This document shows, one piece after another, positions 8,474-17,474 of a stretch of 64,000 nucleotides of DNA. The position numbers and the translations under genes were made by a program. The stretch's first letter is position 1. Each line of letters begins with the position of its first letter. The notes beneath the pieces are model-generated. The model searched no databases. It was not told where the DNA came from and worked only from the letters and a program-made list of their open reading frames with translations. The stretch is from Salinispira sp. (GTDB lineage: Bacteria > Spirochaetota > Spirochaetia > DSM-27196 > Salinispiraceae), in assembly GCA_965602015.1 (NCBI GenBank), contig OZ271918.1, positions 1,344,001-1,408,000 on the forward strand. The letters run 5' to 3'.

Positions 8474-8507
8474 ATAAAGTCCATCACCTTGCGGTAATGG
8501 ACTTTAT
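8474..8507 (-). terminator. Rho-independent terminator after tRNA-fMet
   Basis: ATAAAGTCCAT...ATGGACTTTAT inverted repeat followed by GTTTTT on the minus strand. Confidence 0.75.
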
Positions 8508-8511
8508 CTTT

Positions 8512-8584
8512 TAGCAGGGGCAGGACTCGAACCTGCGACCTCCGGGTTATGAGCCCGACGAGCTGCCAACTGCTCTACCCTGCG
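8512..8584 (-). tRNA. tRNA-fMet (CAT, initiator)
   Basis: CGCAGGG.../CCCTGCT-A with an unpaired first position; three G-C pairs in the anticodon stem (TCGGG-CTCATAA-CCCGG); GGTTCGAGTCC T-arm. Confidence 0.95.
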
Positions 8585-8598
8585 TCGATTGAGTTGGT

Positions 8599-8627
8599 AA
8601 TATACCGGCGCTCTGGGAAAGTGTCAA
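8599..8627 (-). promoter_or_regulatory. sigma70 promoter of tRNA-fMet
   Basis: TTGACA-N17-TATATT. Confidence 0.75.
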
Positions 8628-8669
8628 GGGAACCGGGGAAAAAATATCAAAAGCCAAACACCGCCCTAA

Positions 8670-9323
8670 TCAGCCGCCCGGGCTGTAGTCTCGAGGGCTG
8701 GTAATGGAGTTCAGGAGAAATATGGCCCCGGCAAGCAGAAGTAGAAATGAGATGTATGACAGGGGTATGGGCAGCTGTACAATTTGATTGTAGCCGAGGT
8801 GGAGGGCTATCACCGCCAGAACCAGGATGAACTTGCGTACGCCGCTCCTTTGTATTGCGCTAATGTAGCCAAGCAGGCCGCCGCTGACCATGTGCAGGGG
8901 AATGCTTCCCAGCAGCATGCTGGTGGTGAACAAGGTGATATTCGAAAAAAAATAGAGGTAGGTCTCAACCAGGCCAAATGACAGTCCGAGGATTATACCT
9001 GCCAGCACCCGTTGGCGGAATCGCTGGAGGGGCTCCTGTGCCAGAAGAAGCCGACCCACCGCGGCGGCGAGCAGCAGGTATTTAACAAGTTCTTCGCTGA
9101 AGGGAGATATGAGCATTCCCAACCCGCCTTCATATCCCGGCACCATATCTTTTGCGGTAAGCAGGATTATATAGGTGATCATTGTTGCCCCGGCTCCGAA
9201 TAGAGAGTAGGCGGTAATTCCGATAATTCGTATGCTCAGGCCTGTGGTGCGAATGAACGCCTTGGTATAGATGATTATCAGCATGGCATAGACTGCTGCG
9301 GGAAACAGCAACAGGGCGGGCAT
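8670..9323 (-). CDS. PrsW-family intramembrane metalloprotease
   Basis: EELVK, GLSFGLVE, H..S and LHLGYN motifs; multiple TM segments. Confidence 0.8.
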   Translation of the reverse strand: MPALLLFPAAVYAMLIIIYTKAFIRTTGLSIRIIGITAYSLFGAGATMITYIILLTAKDMVPGYEGGLGMLISPFSEELVKYLLLAAAVGRLLLAQEPLQRFRQRVLAGIILGLSFGLVETYLYFFSNITLFTTSMLLGSIPLHMVSGGLLGYISAIQRSGVRKFILVLAVIALHLGYNQIVQLPIPLSYISFLLLLAGAIFLLNSITSPRDYSPGG

Positions 9324-10375
9324 TATAGCTCTCCGAGAATTTCTGCGATCCGGGCCATCAGCTCAGGTTCTGCCAGGGTGATGCGCAGGTATTCCGGCAT
9401 CCCGAAGCTGCACAGGTCTCTGACGCTGATTCCCCGGCTTTCCAGCAGGGCTGCGGCTTCTGCCGCGTTGCCCGTCGGACTTTTTACGCAAATAAAGTTT
9501 CCCTGGGTTTCGAGATAGCCGATGTTGCGACGGCTCAGTTCCCGGGAGAACCGCTTTCGGCTCGACCTGTTGAGTTCCAGGCTTTGTTCGGCAAAATCCC
9601 GGTCGTTAATGGCTGCAATGGCCCCGGCCTGAGCCGAGCTGTTGATGTTAAACGGGCTCTTCACCTTGAGAAGCTGCTTGATGATATTCCTGTCGGCCAG
9701 GCCGTAGCCTATTCTCAGGGCTGCCAGCCCGAAGAGTTTCGAAAAAGTTCCGGTAACCAGAACATTCTTGTGCTTGCCGATGAGGGTCGCGGCATCGAGG
9801 TATTCCGCTGAGTCGGCATATTCCCGGTAGGCCTGATCTATCACAATGAGAATATCATCTCGTGTGGTTTCGACGAAATTCCGTAGATCGGCGGCGGGAA
9901 TTATCCTTCCCGTGGGATTATTGGGACTGCACAGGAAGACGATGCGGGTGTCTTTATCAATCGCCCCGGCTATGGCCGTCAAATCGAAGTGCAGGTCGTT
10001 CATCTCGACTGCCCGGTACTCGCCGCCGAATAGGCTCGTGGAAAACTCGTACTGGCTGAAGCTGTGCCGGCTGCCCACTGCATTTGTGCCTTCTTCGATG
10101 AGGGCCGCTGCGCAGAAGCTGAACACCTCGTCGCTGCCGTTTCCCGCAATTACCTGGTCAGCCTGGACGCCCCGCCAGGAGGCGATGGCTTCATTGAGTT
10201 CTGCCGAAACCATGGATGGATACACTGCAACCTGCGAGGCCTGCCGTTGTACCGCCACGATGGCCAGCGGGCTGGGACCCAGGGGGTTTTCATTCGAGGA
10301 TAACTTGATGTTTCCCGGTCGCTTCTTTCCGGGATGATAGTCGTTGATTCCGCTCAGGGCGTTACGCCATTTCAT
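9323..10375 (-). CDS. hisC: Histidinol-phosphate aminotransferase
   Basis: KLSSNENP, GNGSDE, CSPNNPTG, TFSKLFGLAALRIGY. Confidence 0.9.
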   Translation of the reverse strand: MKWRNALSGINDYHPGKKRPGNIKLSSNENPLGPSPLAIVAVQRQASQVAVYPSMVSAELNEAIASWRGVQADQVIAGNGSDEVFSFCAAALIEEGTNAVGSRHSFSQYEFSTSLFGGEYRAVEMNDLHFDLTAIAGAIDKDTRIVFLCSPNNPTGRIIPAADLRNFVETTRDDILIVIDQAYREYADSAEYLDAATLIGKHKNVLVTGTFSKLFGLAALRIGYGLADRNIIKQLLKVKSPFNINSSAQAGAIAAINDRDFAEQSLELNRSSRKRFSRELSRRNIGYLETQGNFICVKSPTGNAAEAAALLESRGISVRDLCSFGMPEYLRITLAEPELMARIAEILGEL

Positions 10376-10422
10376 AGTTTATAGAGTATAATAAATGCTC
10401 ACAGCGTGGTACAGGAGGTAAT

Positions 10423-11184
10423 ATGAACGCCCAGACTGTCGAACTCTTTGGTTATGCCGCCAGCGTATTTGTGGCCATTTCCCTGCTCATGGTATCCCTG
10501 GTTAAGCTTCGAATTCTCAATCTGATCGGCTGTACGTTTTTTGTGATTTACGGCTCGCTTCTCGGGTCGATTCCCATCGTCCTGACCAACGGCTTTATTA
10601 TGCTGGTGAATATATACTTCCTGGTACAGATGTACCGCAAGGATATTTCCAGTTTCGAATATGTATCTGCAGACAAGAGGCTTCCCGAGCTCATGGATTT
10701 CTATCGGCTGCGGCAGAAGGACATTGCCCGGTATTACCCGGATTTTCGCGAATGCCACCTTCGTGCTGCCTCGGAGGGACGGGGTCTGGTCTATGCTGCG
10801 CGAAAAGGGGCCAGGATTCAGGGCTTTGCCATAGCCCTGGGCGAGGAATCGATGAATCTCGGTCAGTACTGCGACGATTCCCAAGGCTTCAAATCGGCAA
10901 TTCAAACTGTCAGGGATTCGCAATATAGCGGGGAACCCCTATTTCTCGCTGATTACATCGTCCGCAAATACCGTGATCTCGGGCTCGCCCGGATCTTCCA
11001 CGAAAAACTGGTTGAAGATCTTTCAGACAGCCACGGGGCGTTTTTGTGGCTGAATCACCGGGATAACCGCAGAATGAAACGCTTGCTGCTTTCCCTCGGC
11101 TACGAACAGGTCGAGCAGACCGAAGATTATCAGCTGCTCAGGCTCGACATCAAAAGCAAGGGCCTGGCGGCCCCGGCTTCCTAA
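10423..11184 (+). CDS. YgjV-like N-terminal membrane domain fused to a GNAT-like domain
   Basis: GYAAS..VAISL.M..LR.LNL.G...F.IYG N-terminus; DYIVRKYRDLGLA acetyl-CoA-binding-like motif. Confidence 0.65.
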   Translation: MNAQTVELFGYAASVFVAISLLMVSLVKLRILNLIGCTFFVIYGSLLGSIPIVLTNGFIMLVNIYFLVQMYRKDISSFEYVSADKRLPELMDFYRLRQKDIARYYPDFRECHLRAASEGRGLVYAARKGARIQGFAIALGEESMNLGQYCDDSQGFKSAIQTVRDSQYSGEPLFLADYIVRKYRDLGLARIFHEKLVEDLSDSHGAFLWLNHRDNRRMKRLLLSLGYEQVEQTEDYQLLRLDIKSKGLAAPAS

Positions 11185-11423
11185 TCTTTCTTCCTGGGAA
11201 TCTGCGGAGGATTTGCTTTCAAATACGCGTGATCTCCGCTGAGGTCCTCGATGAGCTCGTCGAGGGTCATTTTGATGGAATTAGGGGTGGTTTTTGCGAA
11301 AATCAGATCCCCGGGGTTCTCGAACTGCTGTTTTACCACCTTCATTATGGTCACGATTTCATCATTACTGAATCCGTTAAGGATTATCACCTTGTTTTCC
11401 AAATGCTTGCTGTTCTCACTCAT
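11181..11423 (-). CDS. DUF3783-like small protein
   Basis: VIILNGFS.DE....M...K, IFA.TT.NS....L.ELIE.L..DH. Confidence 0.7.
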   Translation of the reverse strand: MSENSKHLENKVIILNGFSNDEIVTIMKVVKQQFENPGDLIFAKTTPNSIKMTLDELIEDLSGDHAYLKANPPQIPRKKD

Positions 11424-11518
11424 ACCCTCAAAAATAGTACGGCCGGGGCGCGGCTGTCCAGCTCAAAGCGGCATAACTTCAGCTTGCCCGGATTGGACAG
11501 TCTCGGTACATTTTAGCC

Positions 11519-14104
11519 ATGAACTACGAACGAATGACCACCAAGGCCCGTGAGGCGGTGCAGCAGGCATCGTCCCACGTATTAAAAGCAAACCAGAGCA
11601 ATCTCACTCCCTGGCACCTCCTGCTTGCTCTCCTGGAACAGGAAAACGGCATGGTGCCGGTAATTTTTAATCATCTCGGAATCGAAATAGACAGCCGTAT
11701 TTCGGAGATTCAGCAGAAAATCTCCACCTTTCCCAAGATCTACGGCGATTCTGCTCAGATTCAGATGGATCAGCACAGCGCCCGGGTACTGGCGGTGGCC
11801 GAAGAACAGGCATCCCAGATGAACGATGAGTACGTTTCAACCGAGCACTTCCTCCTGGCCATGCTTTCCATCGGCGCCGAGACCGGCAAGTGGCTAAAAG
11901 GCATCGGACTTGAACTTGAGGGACTCACCCGGGCAATAAAGGATGTGCGCGGCAATCGCCGGATCTCCGATGAAAACCCCGAGAACAAGGTGAGGGTTCT
12001 CGAAAAATACACCAGAGATTACACGGCCCTCGCCCGGGAGGAAAAACTTGATCCGGTTATCGGTAGGGACGAGGAGATTCGCCGGGTCATGCAGGTCCTC
12101 AGCCGCCGTACAAAAAACAATCCGGTTCTTATCGGAGAGCCGGGGGTTGGAAAAACTGCAATAGTCGAAGGTCTGGCCCGGCGCATCGTCAGCGGCGATG
12201 TGCCGGATTCTCTCAAGGACAAACGGGTCCTTGCCCTCGACCTGGGAGCCCTTCTTGCAGGCACCAAATTCCGCGGGGAGTTTGAAGAACGCCTCAAGGC
12301 GGTAATTGAGGAAATTGTCGCCTCCAAGGGCCGGATCATCTTATTTATCGATGAATTACACACCCTCATGGGCGCCGGAGCCGCCGAAGGGGCTATGGAT
12401 GCTTCAAACCTTCTCAAGCCGCCCCTTGCCAGAGGAGAGCTTCGGACCGTGGGGGCCACGACCCTCGACGAGTATCGGAAGCATATTGAAAAAGACGCGG
12501 CCTTCGAACGGCGCTTCCAAACGGTATTTACCGAAGAGCCGAACGTGGAAAACACCATTTCCATACTTAGGGGGCTTCGCGAGCGCTATGAAGTGCATCA
12601 CGGGGTCCGCATAAAGGATGAAGCCCTGGTTGCCGCGGCGACCCTTTCAGACCGCTACATTACCAGCAGGTTCCTGCCGGACAAAGCCATCGATTTGGTG
12701 GATGAGGCCGCCAGCCGCCTCAAAATGGAAATTGAAAGCCAACCCACCGAGCTCGATCAACTCGAACGGCGCATTCTCCAACTCACCATAGAGAAACAGG
12801 CCCTCTCCAAGGAATCCGACCAGGCTTCCAGAAAACGTCTGGAGACCATCTCCGATGAACTGGTAGCCCTCCAGGAAGACCGCGACAGGCTGGCCACCCA
12901 ATGGAACCGGGAGAAGGGTGAAATCGGCCGCATCAGGGAAATCAAGGAACAGCTTGAGAAGATGCACGCCCAGGAAATTCTCTACACCCGGGAGGGCAAC
13001 CTGGAGAAAGCGGCGGAAATTCACCATGGTCAAATTCCCGCCCTTAACCGCGAGCTTGAAGAAGTGAGCCGACGGATGGGCGGTCAGCAGGAAGGCCAAT
13101 CCCTGCTTCGGGAAGAGGTGAGCGAAGAAGACATTGCCAAGGTGGTGTCGGTCTGGACGGGAATCCCGGTAAGCAAAATGCTTAAAAGCGAGATGGAAAA
13201 GCTGCTGAATCTCGAGTCCATCCTCGGGCAGCGGGTCGTCGGCCAGGCTGCGGCTCTTGAGGCCGTGGCCGATGCCATCCGTAGGAATAAAAGCGGCCTG
13301 TCCGATATCAACAGACCTATGGGCGTGTTCATGTTTATGGGACCCACGGGGGTCGGAAAAACCGAAACCGCCAAGACCCTCGCCGAGTTTCTTTTTGATG
13401 ACGAGCGGGCTCTGACACGGATCGATATGAGCGAATATATGGAGAAATTCGCCGTCAGCCGGCTTATCGGCGCCCCTCCGGGATACGTGGGCTATGAACA
13501 GGGGGGACAACTCACCGAAGTCATCAGGCGGCGGCCGTATTCGGTAATTTTGCTGGATGAAATCGAAAAGGCACATCCCGACGTGTTTAACATTCTCCTG
13601 CAGCTATTTGATGACGGTAGACTGACCGATGGTCAGGGAAGGGTGGTCAATTTTCGGAATACCATCATTATAATGACCAGCAACATTGCCAGCGATGTCA
13701 TTCTGGAGTCCGAAAATGTGGACGAAATCATGCCGCTGATAGAGCAGCAGTTAAAAAACCACTTCAGGCCGGAGTTTCTCAACCGCCTGGATGAGGTTAT
13801 CAGCTTCCACCGCCTCGACCGCAGCCATCTGAATCGAATTTTTGATATCGAACTGTCCAAGCTTCAGCGCCGCCTGAGCGAACAGCGCCTGACTCTTGAG
13901 GTCAGCGACAAGGCCAGGGAGTACGTAATCTCCTTGAGCTTCGACCCCCAATTCGGCGCCCGGCCGCTCAAGCGGGCGGTTCAGGCTCACATCCAAAATC
14001 CCCTTGCCAAACTGCTTCTCGGCGGCGATTACGAGCCCGGTTCGGTCATCCGCGCGGATGTGGAGGACGGAAGCGAAGGCCGGCTCACATTTTCCCGGCG
14101 TTGA
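11519..14104 (+). CDS. clpB: ATP-dependent chaperone ClpB
   Basis: Two AAA+ modules ([16 protein letters not shown]), coiled-coil middle domain, 861 aa. Confidence 0.97.
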   Translation: MNYERMTTKAREAVQQASSHVLKANQSNLTPWHLLLALLEQENGMVPVIFNHLGIEIDSRISEIQQKISTFPKIYGDSAQIQMDQHSARVLAVAEEQASQMNDEYVSTEHFLLAMLSIGAETGKWLKGIGLELEGLTRAIKDVRGNRRISDENPENKVRVLEKYTRDYTALAREEKLDPVIGRDEEIRRVMQVLSRRTKNNPVLIGEPGVGKTAIVEGLARRIVSGDVPDSLKDKRVLALDLGALLAGTKFRGEFEERLKAVIEEIVASKGRIILFIDELHTLMGAGAAEGAMDASNLLKPPLARGELRTVGATTLDEYRKHIEKDAAFERRFQTVFTEEPNVENTISILRGLRERYEVHHGVRIKDEALVAAATLSDRYITSRFLPDKAIDLVDEAASRLKMEIESQPTELDQLERRILQLTIEKQALSKESDQASRKRLETISDELVALQEDRDRLATQWNREKGEIGRIREIKEQLEKMHAQEILYTREGNLEKAAEIHHGQIPALNRELEEVSRRMGGQQEGQSLLREEVSEEDIAKVVSVWTGIPVSKMLKSEMEKLLNLESILGQRVVGQAAALEAVADAIRRNKSGLSDINRPMGVFMFMGPTGVGKTETAKTLAEFLFDDERALTRIDMSEYMEKFAVSRLIGAPPGYVGYEQGGQLTEVIRRRPYSVILLDEIEKAHPDVFNILLQLFDDGRLTDGQGRVVNFRNTIIIMTSNIASDVILESENVDEIMPLIEQQLKNHFRPEFLNRLDEVISFHRLDRSHLNRIFDIELSKLQRRLSEQRLTLEVSDKAREYVISLSFDPQFGARPLKRAVQAHIQNPLAKLLLGGDYEPGSVIRADVEDGSEGRLTFSRR

Positions 14105-14124
14105 CAGGCTAAAATCGATTGTTT

Positions 14125-14164
14125 AAGGTTTTGCCAGCTGATCAAAGGTTTGGCCAGCTGATCA
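14125..14164 (+). repeat. 20-bp tandem duplication upstream of argH
   Basis: aaggttttgccagctgatca / aaggtttggccagctgatca (one mismatch). Confidence 0.85.
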
Positions 14165-14204
14165 ATAGACGCTCCCCGGATTCCCCGGGGAGGGCGGAGG
14201 AAGC

Positions 14205-15581
14205 ATGGCGAAACTGTGGCAGAAATCGTATCAGGTAGATACCCTTCTGGAGAAGTTCACTGTCGGCCGGGATTTTATTCTCGACAGGGAGCTCGGTGTG
14301 GCCGACTGCGCCGGCAGCATAGCCCATGCGAGAATGCTTTCATCCCGGGGCTACCTCAGTATTGATGATCTGAAGAATCTCGAAGTGGGTCTGCGCCGCA
14401 TCGCCCGGGATTTTTACGAGGGTCTTGTGGAGATCCCCCGGGAGGACGAGGACTGCCATACCACAATAGAGCAGATGCTCACCGCCCGCTGCGGCGAAGC
14501 GGGAAAGCGCATCCACCTGGGGCGTTCGAGAAACGACCAGGTCATGACCATGATCAGGCTTTTCGGCCGGGAATACATTCTTGAAATACAGCAGTCCCTC
14601 CTGGATCTCATCGGCACCTTGGAGGCATTCGCCCATCGGCACCAGAAGGTACCCATGCCCGGTCGAACCCATATGCAAATCGCCATGCCATCCACCGTCG
14701 GACTGTGGGCGGCATCCTGGGCAGAAGACCTGATGGACTCGGCCCGGCTGTTGGAAGGTGCCTTCGAGCTGTTCAACCGGTCGCCCCTTGGTACCGCCGC
14801 GGGTTACGGTGTTCCCCTGGACATAGACCGGGAGTACAGCGCGAAGCAGATGGGTTTTCCCGAGGTGCAAAACAACGTTCTTGCGGTTCAGAACAGCAGG
14901 GGTAAGCTCGAATCGGTCGTGGCCTCGGCCATCGATCAGGCCACCCTTTCGCTCAGCAAGGCCGCCCAGGATCTTATCCTCTTTTCACTGCCTGAGTTCG
15001 GCTATTTCTCTCTCCCCGATGAGCTGTGCACCGGATCTTCAATTATGCCCCAGAAGAAAAATCCCGACGGCCTGGAACTATTGAGAAGCCGGGCTGCGAG
15101 CATCAGCGGCTGGACCGATCAGATGAAGCGCATAATTCAATCCCTTCCCAGCGGGTACAACAGGGATTTCCAGGACAGCAAGGAACCGTTTCTCAGAGTG
15201 CTCCATACCGGCCTGGTTTCAATTCGGATAGCCGGACTGACATTTGAAAAGCTCGAGGTTCATGAAGAGCGGCTGCGGCAGGCGCACAGACCCGAGATTT
15301 TCGCCACTGACGAGGCCGTCCGCCTGGTCAAAGACGGCAAGAGCTTCCGCGACGCCTACCGGCAGGTGGGAGGCGCATTGGACGAACTTGGCAGTTATAA
15401 TCTGGATGATGTGCTTGAGAGCCGGAAAGCCACGGGTTATCCGGCGAACCTCAATCTCTCCGGTTTGATAGCCCGATTGCATGAAAGCCGCCAGCGGCTT
15501 GCGGCACATCGGGAAGCCCACTTTGCCGCAGTGGAGAGCCTGCTTGGCCGGGACATCCGGCTTATTCCCCGGAGCGTCTGA
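14205..15581 (+). CDS. argH: Argininosuccinate lyase
   Basis: HLGRSRNDQ, MPGRTHMQ, GSSIMPQKKNPD. Confidence 0.95.
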   Translation: MAKLWQKSYQVDTLLEKFTVGRDFILDRELGVADCAGSIAHARMLSSRGYLSIDDLKNLEVGLRRIARDFYEGLVEIPREDEDCHTTIEQMLTARCGEAGKRIHLGRSRNDQVMTMIRLFGREYILEIQQSLLDLIGTLEAFAHRHQKVPMPGRTHMQIAMPSTVGLWAASWAEDLMDSARLLEGAFELFNRSPLGTAAGYGVPLDIDREYSAKQMGFPEVQNNVLAVQNSRGKLESVVASAIDQATLSLSKAAQDLILFSLPEFGYFSLPDELCTGSSIMPQKKNPDGLELLRSRAASISGWTDQMKRIIQSLPSGYNRDFQDSKEPFLRVLHTGLVSIRIAGLTFEKLEVHEERLRQAHRPEIFATDEAVRLVKDGKSFRDAYRQVGGALDELGSYNLDDVLESRKATGYPANLNLSGLIARLHESRQRLAAHREAHFAAVESLLGRDIRLIPRSV

Positions 15582-16407
15582 TTCCCTGCTTGCGGGCAGC
15601 GGATATCGCCCGATAGCTGATTAACGCCGCAAGGGTAATCAGGTAGGGCATGCCCAGAAGTATACCCGGCGCCGAAATGAAGCGCTGAGCTTCATTGGAG
15701 AGAAGCTGGCTCAAGGCGAAAACCGCCGCGGCGCCCAGCATGCTCAAGGGCCGGCGGTTGCCCAGATAAATAATCACCAGGGCTATCCAGCCCTTTCCGG
15801 CGCTCAAATTCGGGACATAACTGCCCAAATGCAGGCTGATCAGCCCTCCGGCCAGGGCTGAAAGCGCAGATGACAGTATGAGCGCTGAGAACTGGTAGGC
15901 TGCCACGTCGGTTCCCTGAATGGCCGCGCTGGTTTCGTCCAGGTGAATCTTGCGCAGCCTGATGCCCGTGCTGTGCCGGGCGAGAAAGAGAGAAAGCGCT
16001 GCGCCGATTACCACCGCAGCCCCGAGACCCGTCCAGCCCGCCTGGTTCTGGAACTGGCTGTCCACCAAAAGATTAACCACCCCCTTGGAGCCGAAGAGCA
16101 CCTGGCTGAGCAGGGGTATGAATCCCCAGGCCATCAGGTTGATTCCCAGCCCAACAATGAACACATTGGCCTGCCTGCGTATGCTCAAGTAGCCGCTCAC
16201 CCAGCCGAGAACCGCTCCTGATGCCGTAGCGGCAAGAAGGGCCAGGGGCAGGGAGGGCAGGGCCAGGTAGCTGGCGGCCGCCGCAAAGGCGCCGAAGAGT
16301 ATGGCACCTTCAAGCCCGATATTGAGTCTTCCCGAGAGCTCGCTGAGAAGTCCCCCGAGAGCGGCAATATACAGCGGTGCGGTTTGAATAATGAGGGCGA
16401 GAATCAC
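15562..16407 (-). CDS. Nucleoside/sugar ABC transporter permease
   Basis: SELSGRLNIGLEG, AGKGWIAL; hydrophobic. Confidence 0.85.
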   Translation of the reverse strand: MILALIIQTAPLYIAALGGLLSELSGRLNIGLEGAILFGAFAAAASYLALPSLPLALLAATASGAVLGWVSGYLSIRRQANVFIVGLGINLMAWGFIPLLSQVLFGSKGVVNLLVDSQFQNQAGWTGLGAAVVIGAALSLFLARHSTGIRLRKIHLDETSAAIQGTDVAAYQFSALILSSALSALAGGLISLHLGSYVPNLSAGKGWIALVIIYLGNRRPLSMLGAAAVFALSQLLSNEAQRFISAPGILLGMPYLITLAALISYRAISAARKQGIRRSGE

Positions 16408-17474
16408 CGGGAACCTCCGGGCGTTTTTTCTGGCGAAGCGGGGGCCCTTCTGAGGGATCGAAGCCGTGGAGGGGTTTTTATGGTGAAATTTACCGATATA
16501 AGCAAAAACACCGTGGCCTGAATTACCGTCGACAGTTCAAAGCTGAAGTCGGTGAAAATCATGGCGGCATTCCCCGCGCTGATTAAATATGAAAAAATCA
16601 GCGAGGCCAGAGGCAGGTTCTTCAGGCGGTTTCCCCCGACAAGGCTTACGGCTATGCCGTTCCACCCGATTCCCGAGCTGAAGCCCAGGACCGCCGCCCC
16701 GTGCACTCCGGTCAGCGCGATAAAACCGGCGATCCCGTGGAAACTGGCGCTGAGCGTGAGGGCCAAAATCATCATGCCCGAAACCGGAAGTCCGGCAAAC
16801 CGGGCGAAGTTCCCGTTTGCCCCGGAAATCTTGAGCTCGAAGCCTCTGCGGCTGTGGTGGTACCACAAAGTGACTATCAGCCAGAACATCAGGGCCATAA
16901 AAATGCCCAGGTGTATTTTCGGAAGCGAGGCAATATAGGGCAGCCGGACCCCCTGGGGGATGCGGGGCATGGTCAGGAGGTTGGAATTCACATCCCTCAA
17001 GGGACCGATTATCAGACTGTCCATTACGGGTATAAGACCGGCGGAGAGCAGGAAACTGCTTATGAGCGGGTCAATATCGAGCTTTGTTTTGAGCACCGCA
17101 GCCAGGAGTCCCTGAAATGCGGAAACTACCACCGCAGCAAGTATGGCCAGAATAAACAGCAGGGCCAGAAGACCCGCGCCCTGGGACTGCGAACCGGAGG
17201 CCAGGAGAAACACCAGGGCCGCCGCCAGCCCTCCGGAATAGCTCTGGCCTTCGCCTCCCAGATTAAACGAACCGGCGCTAAAGGCGATGCTGACCCCGGT
17301 ACCGCTGAGAAGAAGCAGCGCAGCGGTGGAGAGCATTGAACTGAAATAGAATCCGTTGGTCAGCGGGGCGAGAAAAAACGCCCTGAGAGCGGCGGGAACC
17401 GAGTCGGTTCCAAGTACTATGAGAACGACGGCGACCGCCGTGGCGATTCCCAGGGGGAGGAGGGATTTACGCAT
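16404..17474 (-). CDS. Nucleoside/sugar ABC transporter permease
   Basis: FNLGGEGQ, GWNGIAVSL; multiple TM segments. Confidence 0.85.
   Translation of the reverse strand: MRKSLLPLGIATAVAVVLIVLGTDSVPAALRAFFLAPLTNGFYFSSMLSTAALLLLSGTGVSIAFSAGSFNLGGEGQSYSGGLAAALVFLLASGSQSQGAGLLALLFILAILAAVVVSAFQGLLAAVLKTKLDIDPLISSFLLSAGLIPVMDSLIIGPLRDVNSNLLTMPRIPQGVRLPYIASLPKIHLGIFMALMFWLIVTLWYHHSRRGFELKISGANGNFARFAGLPVSGMMILALTLSASFHGIAGFIALTGVHGAAVLGFSSGIGWNGIAVSLVGGNRLKNLPLASLIFSYLISAGNAAMIFTDFSFELSTVIQATVFLLISVNFTIKTPPRLRSLRRAPASPEKTPGGSR

Noticed and set aside
12647..13576. 309-aa minus-strand ORF
   Set aside because: Antisense shadow of clpB, typical of conserved GC-rich genes.
14133..14164. CAGCTGATC shared between the argH tandem repeat and the IS left end
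   Set aside because: Only 9 bp and lacks the TGCCCCCAAAA part of the TIR; likely chance.
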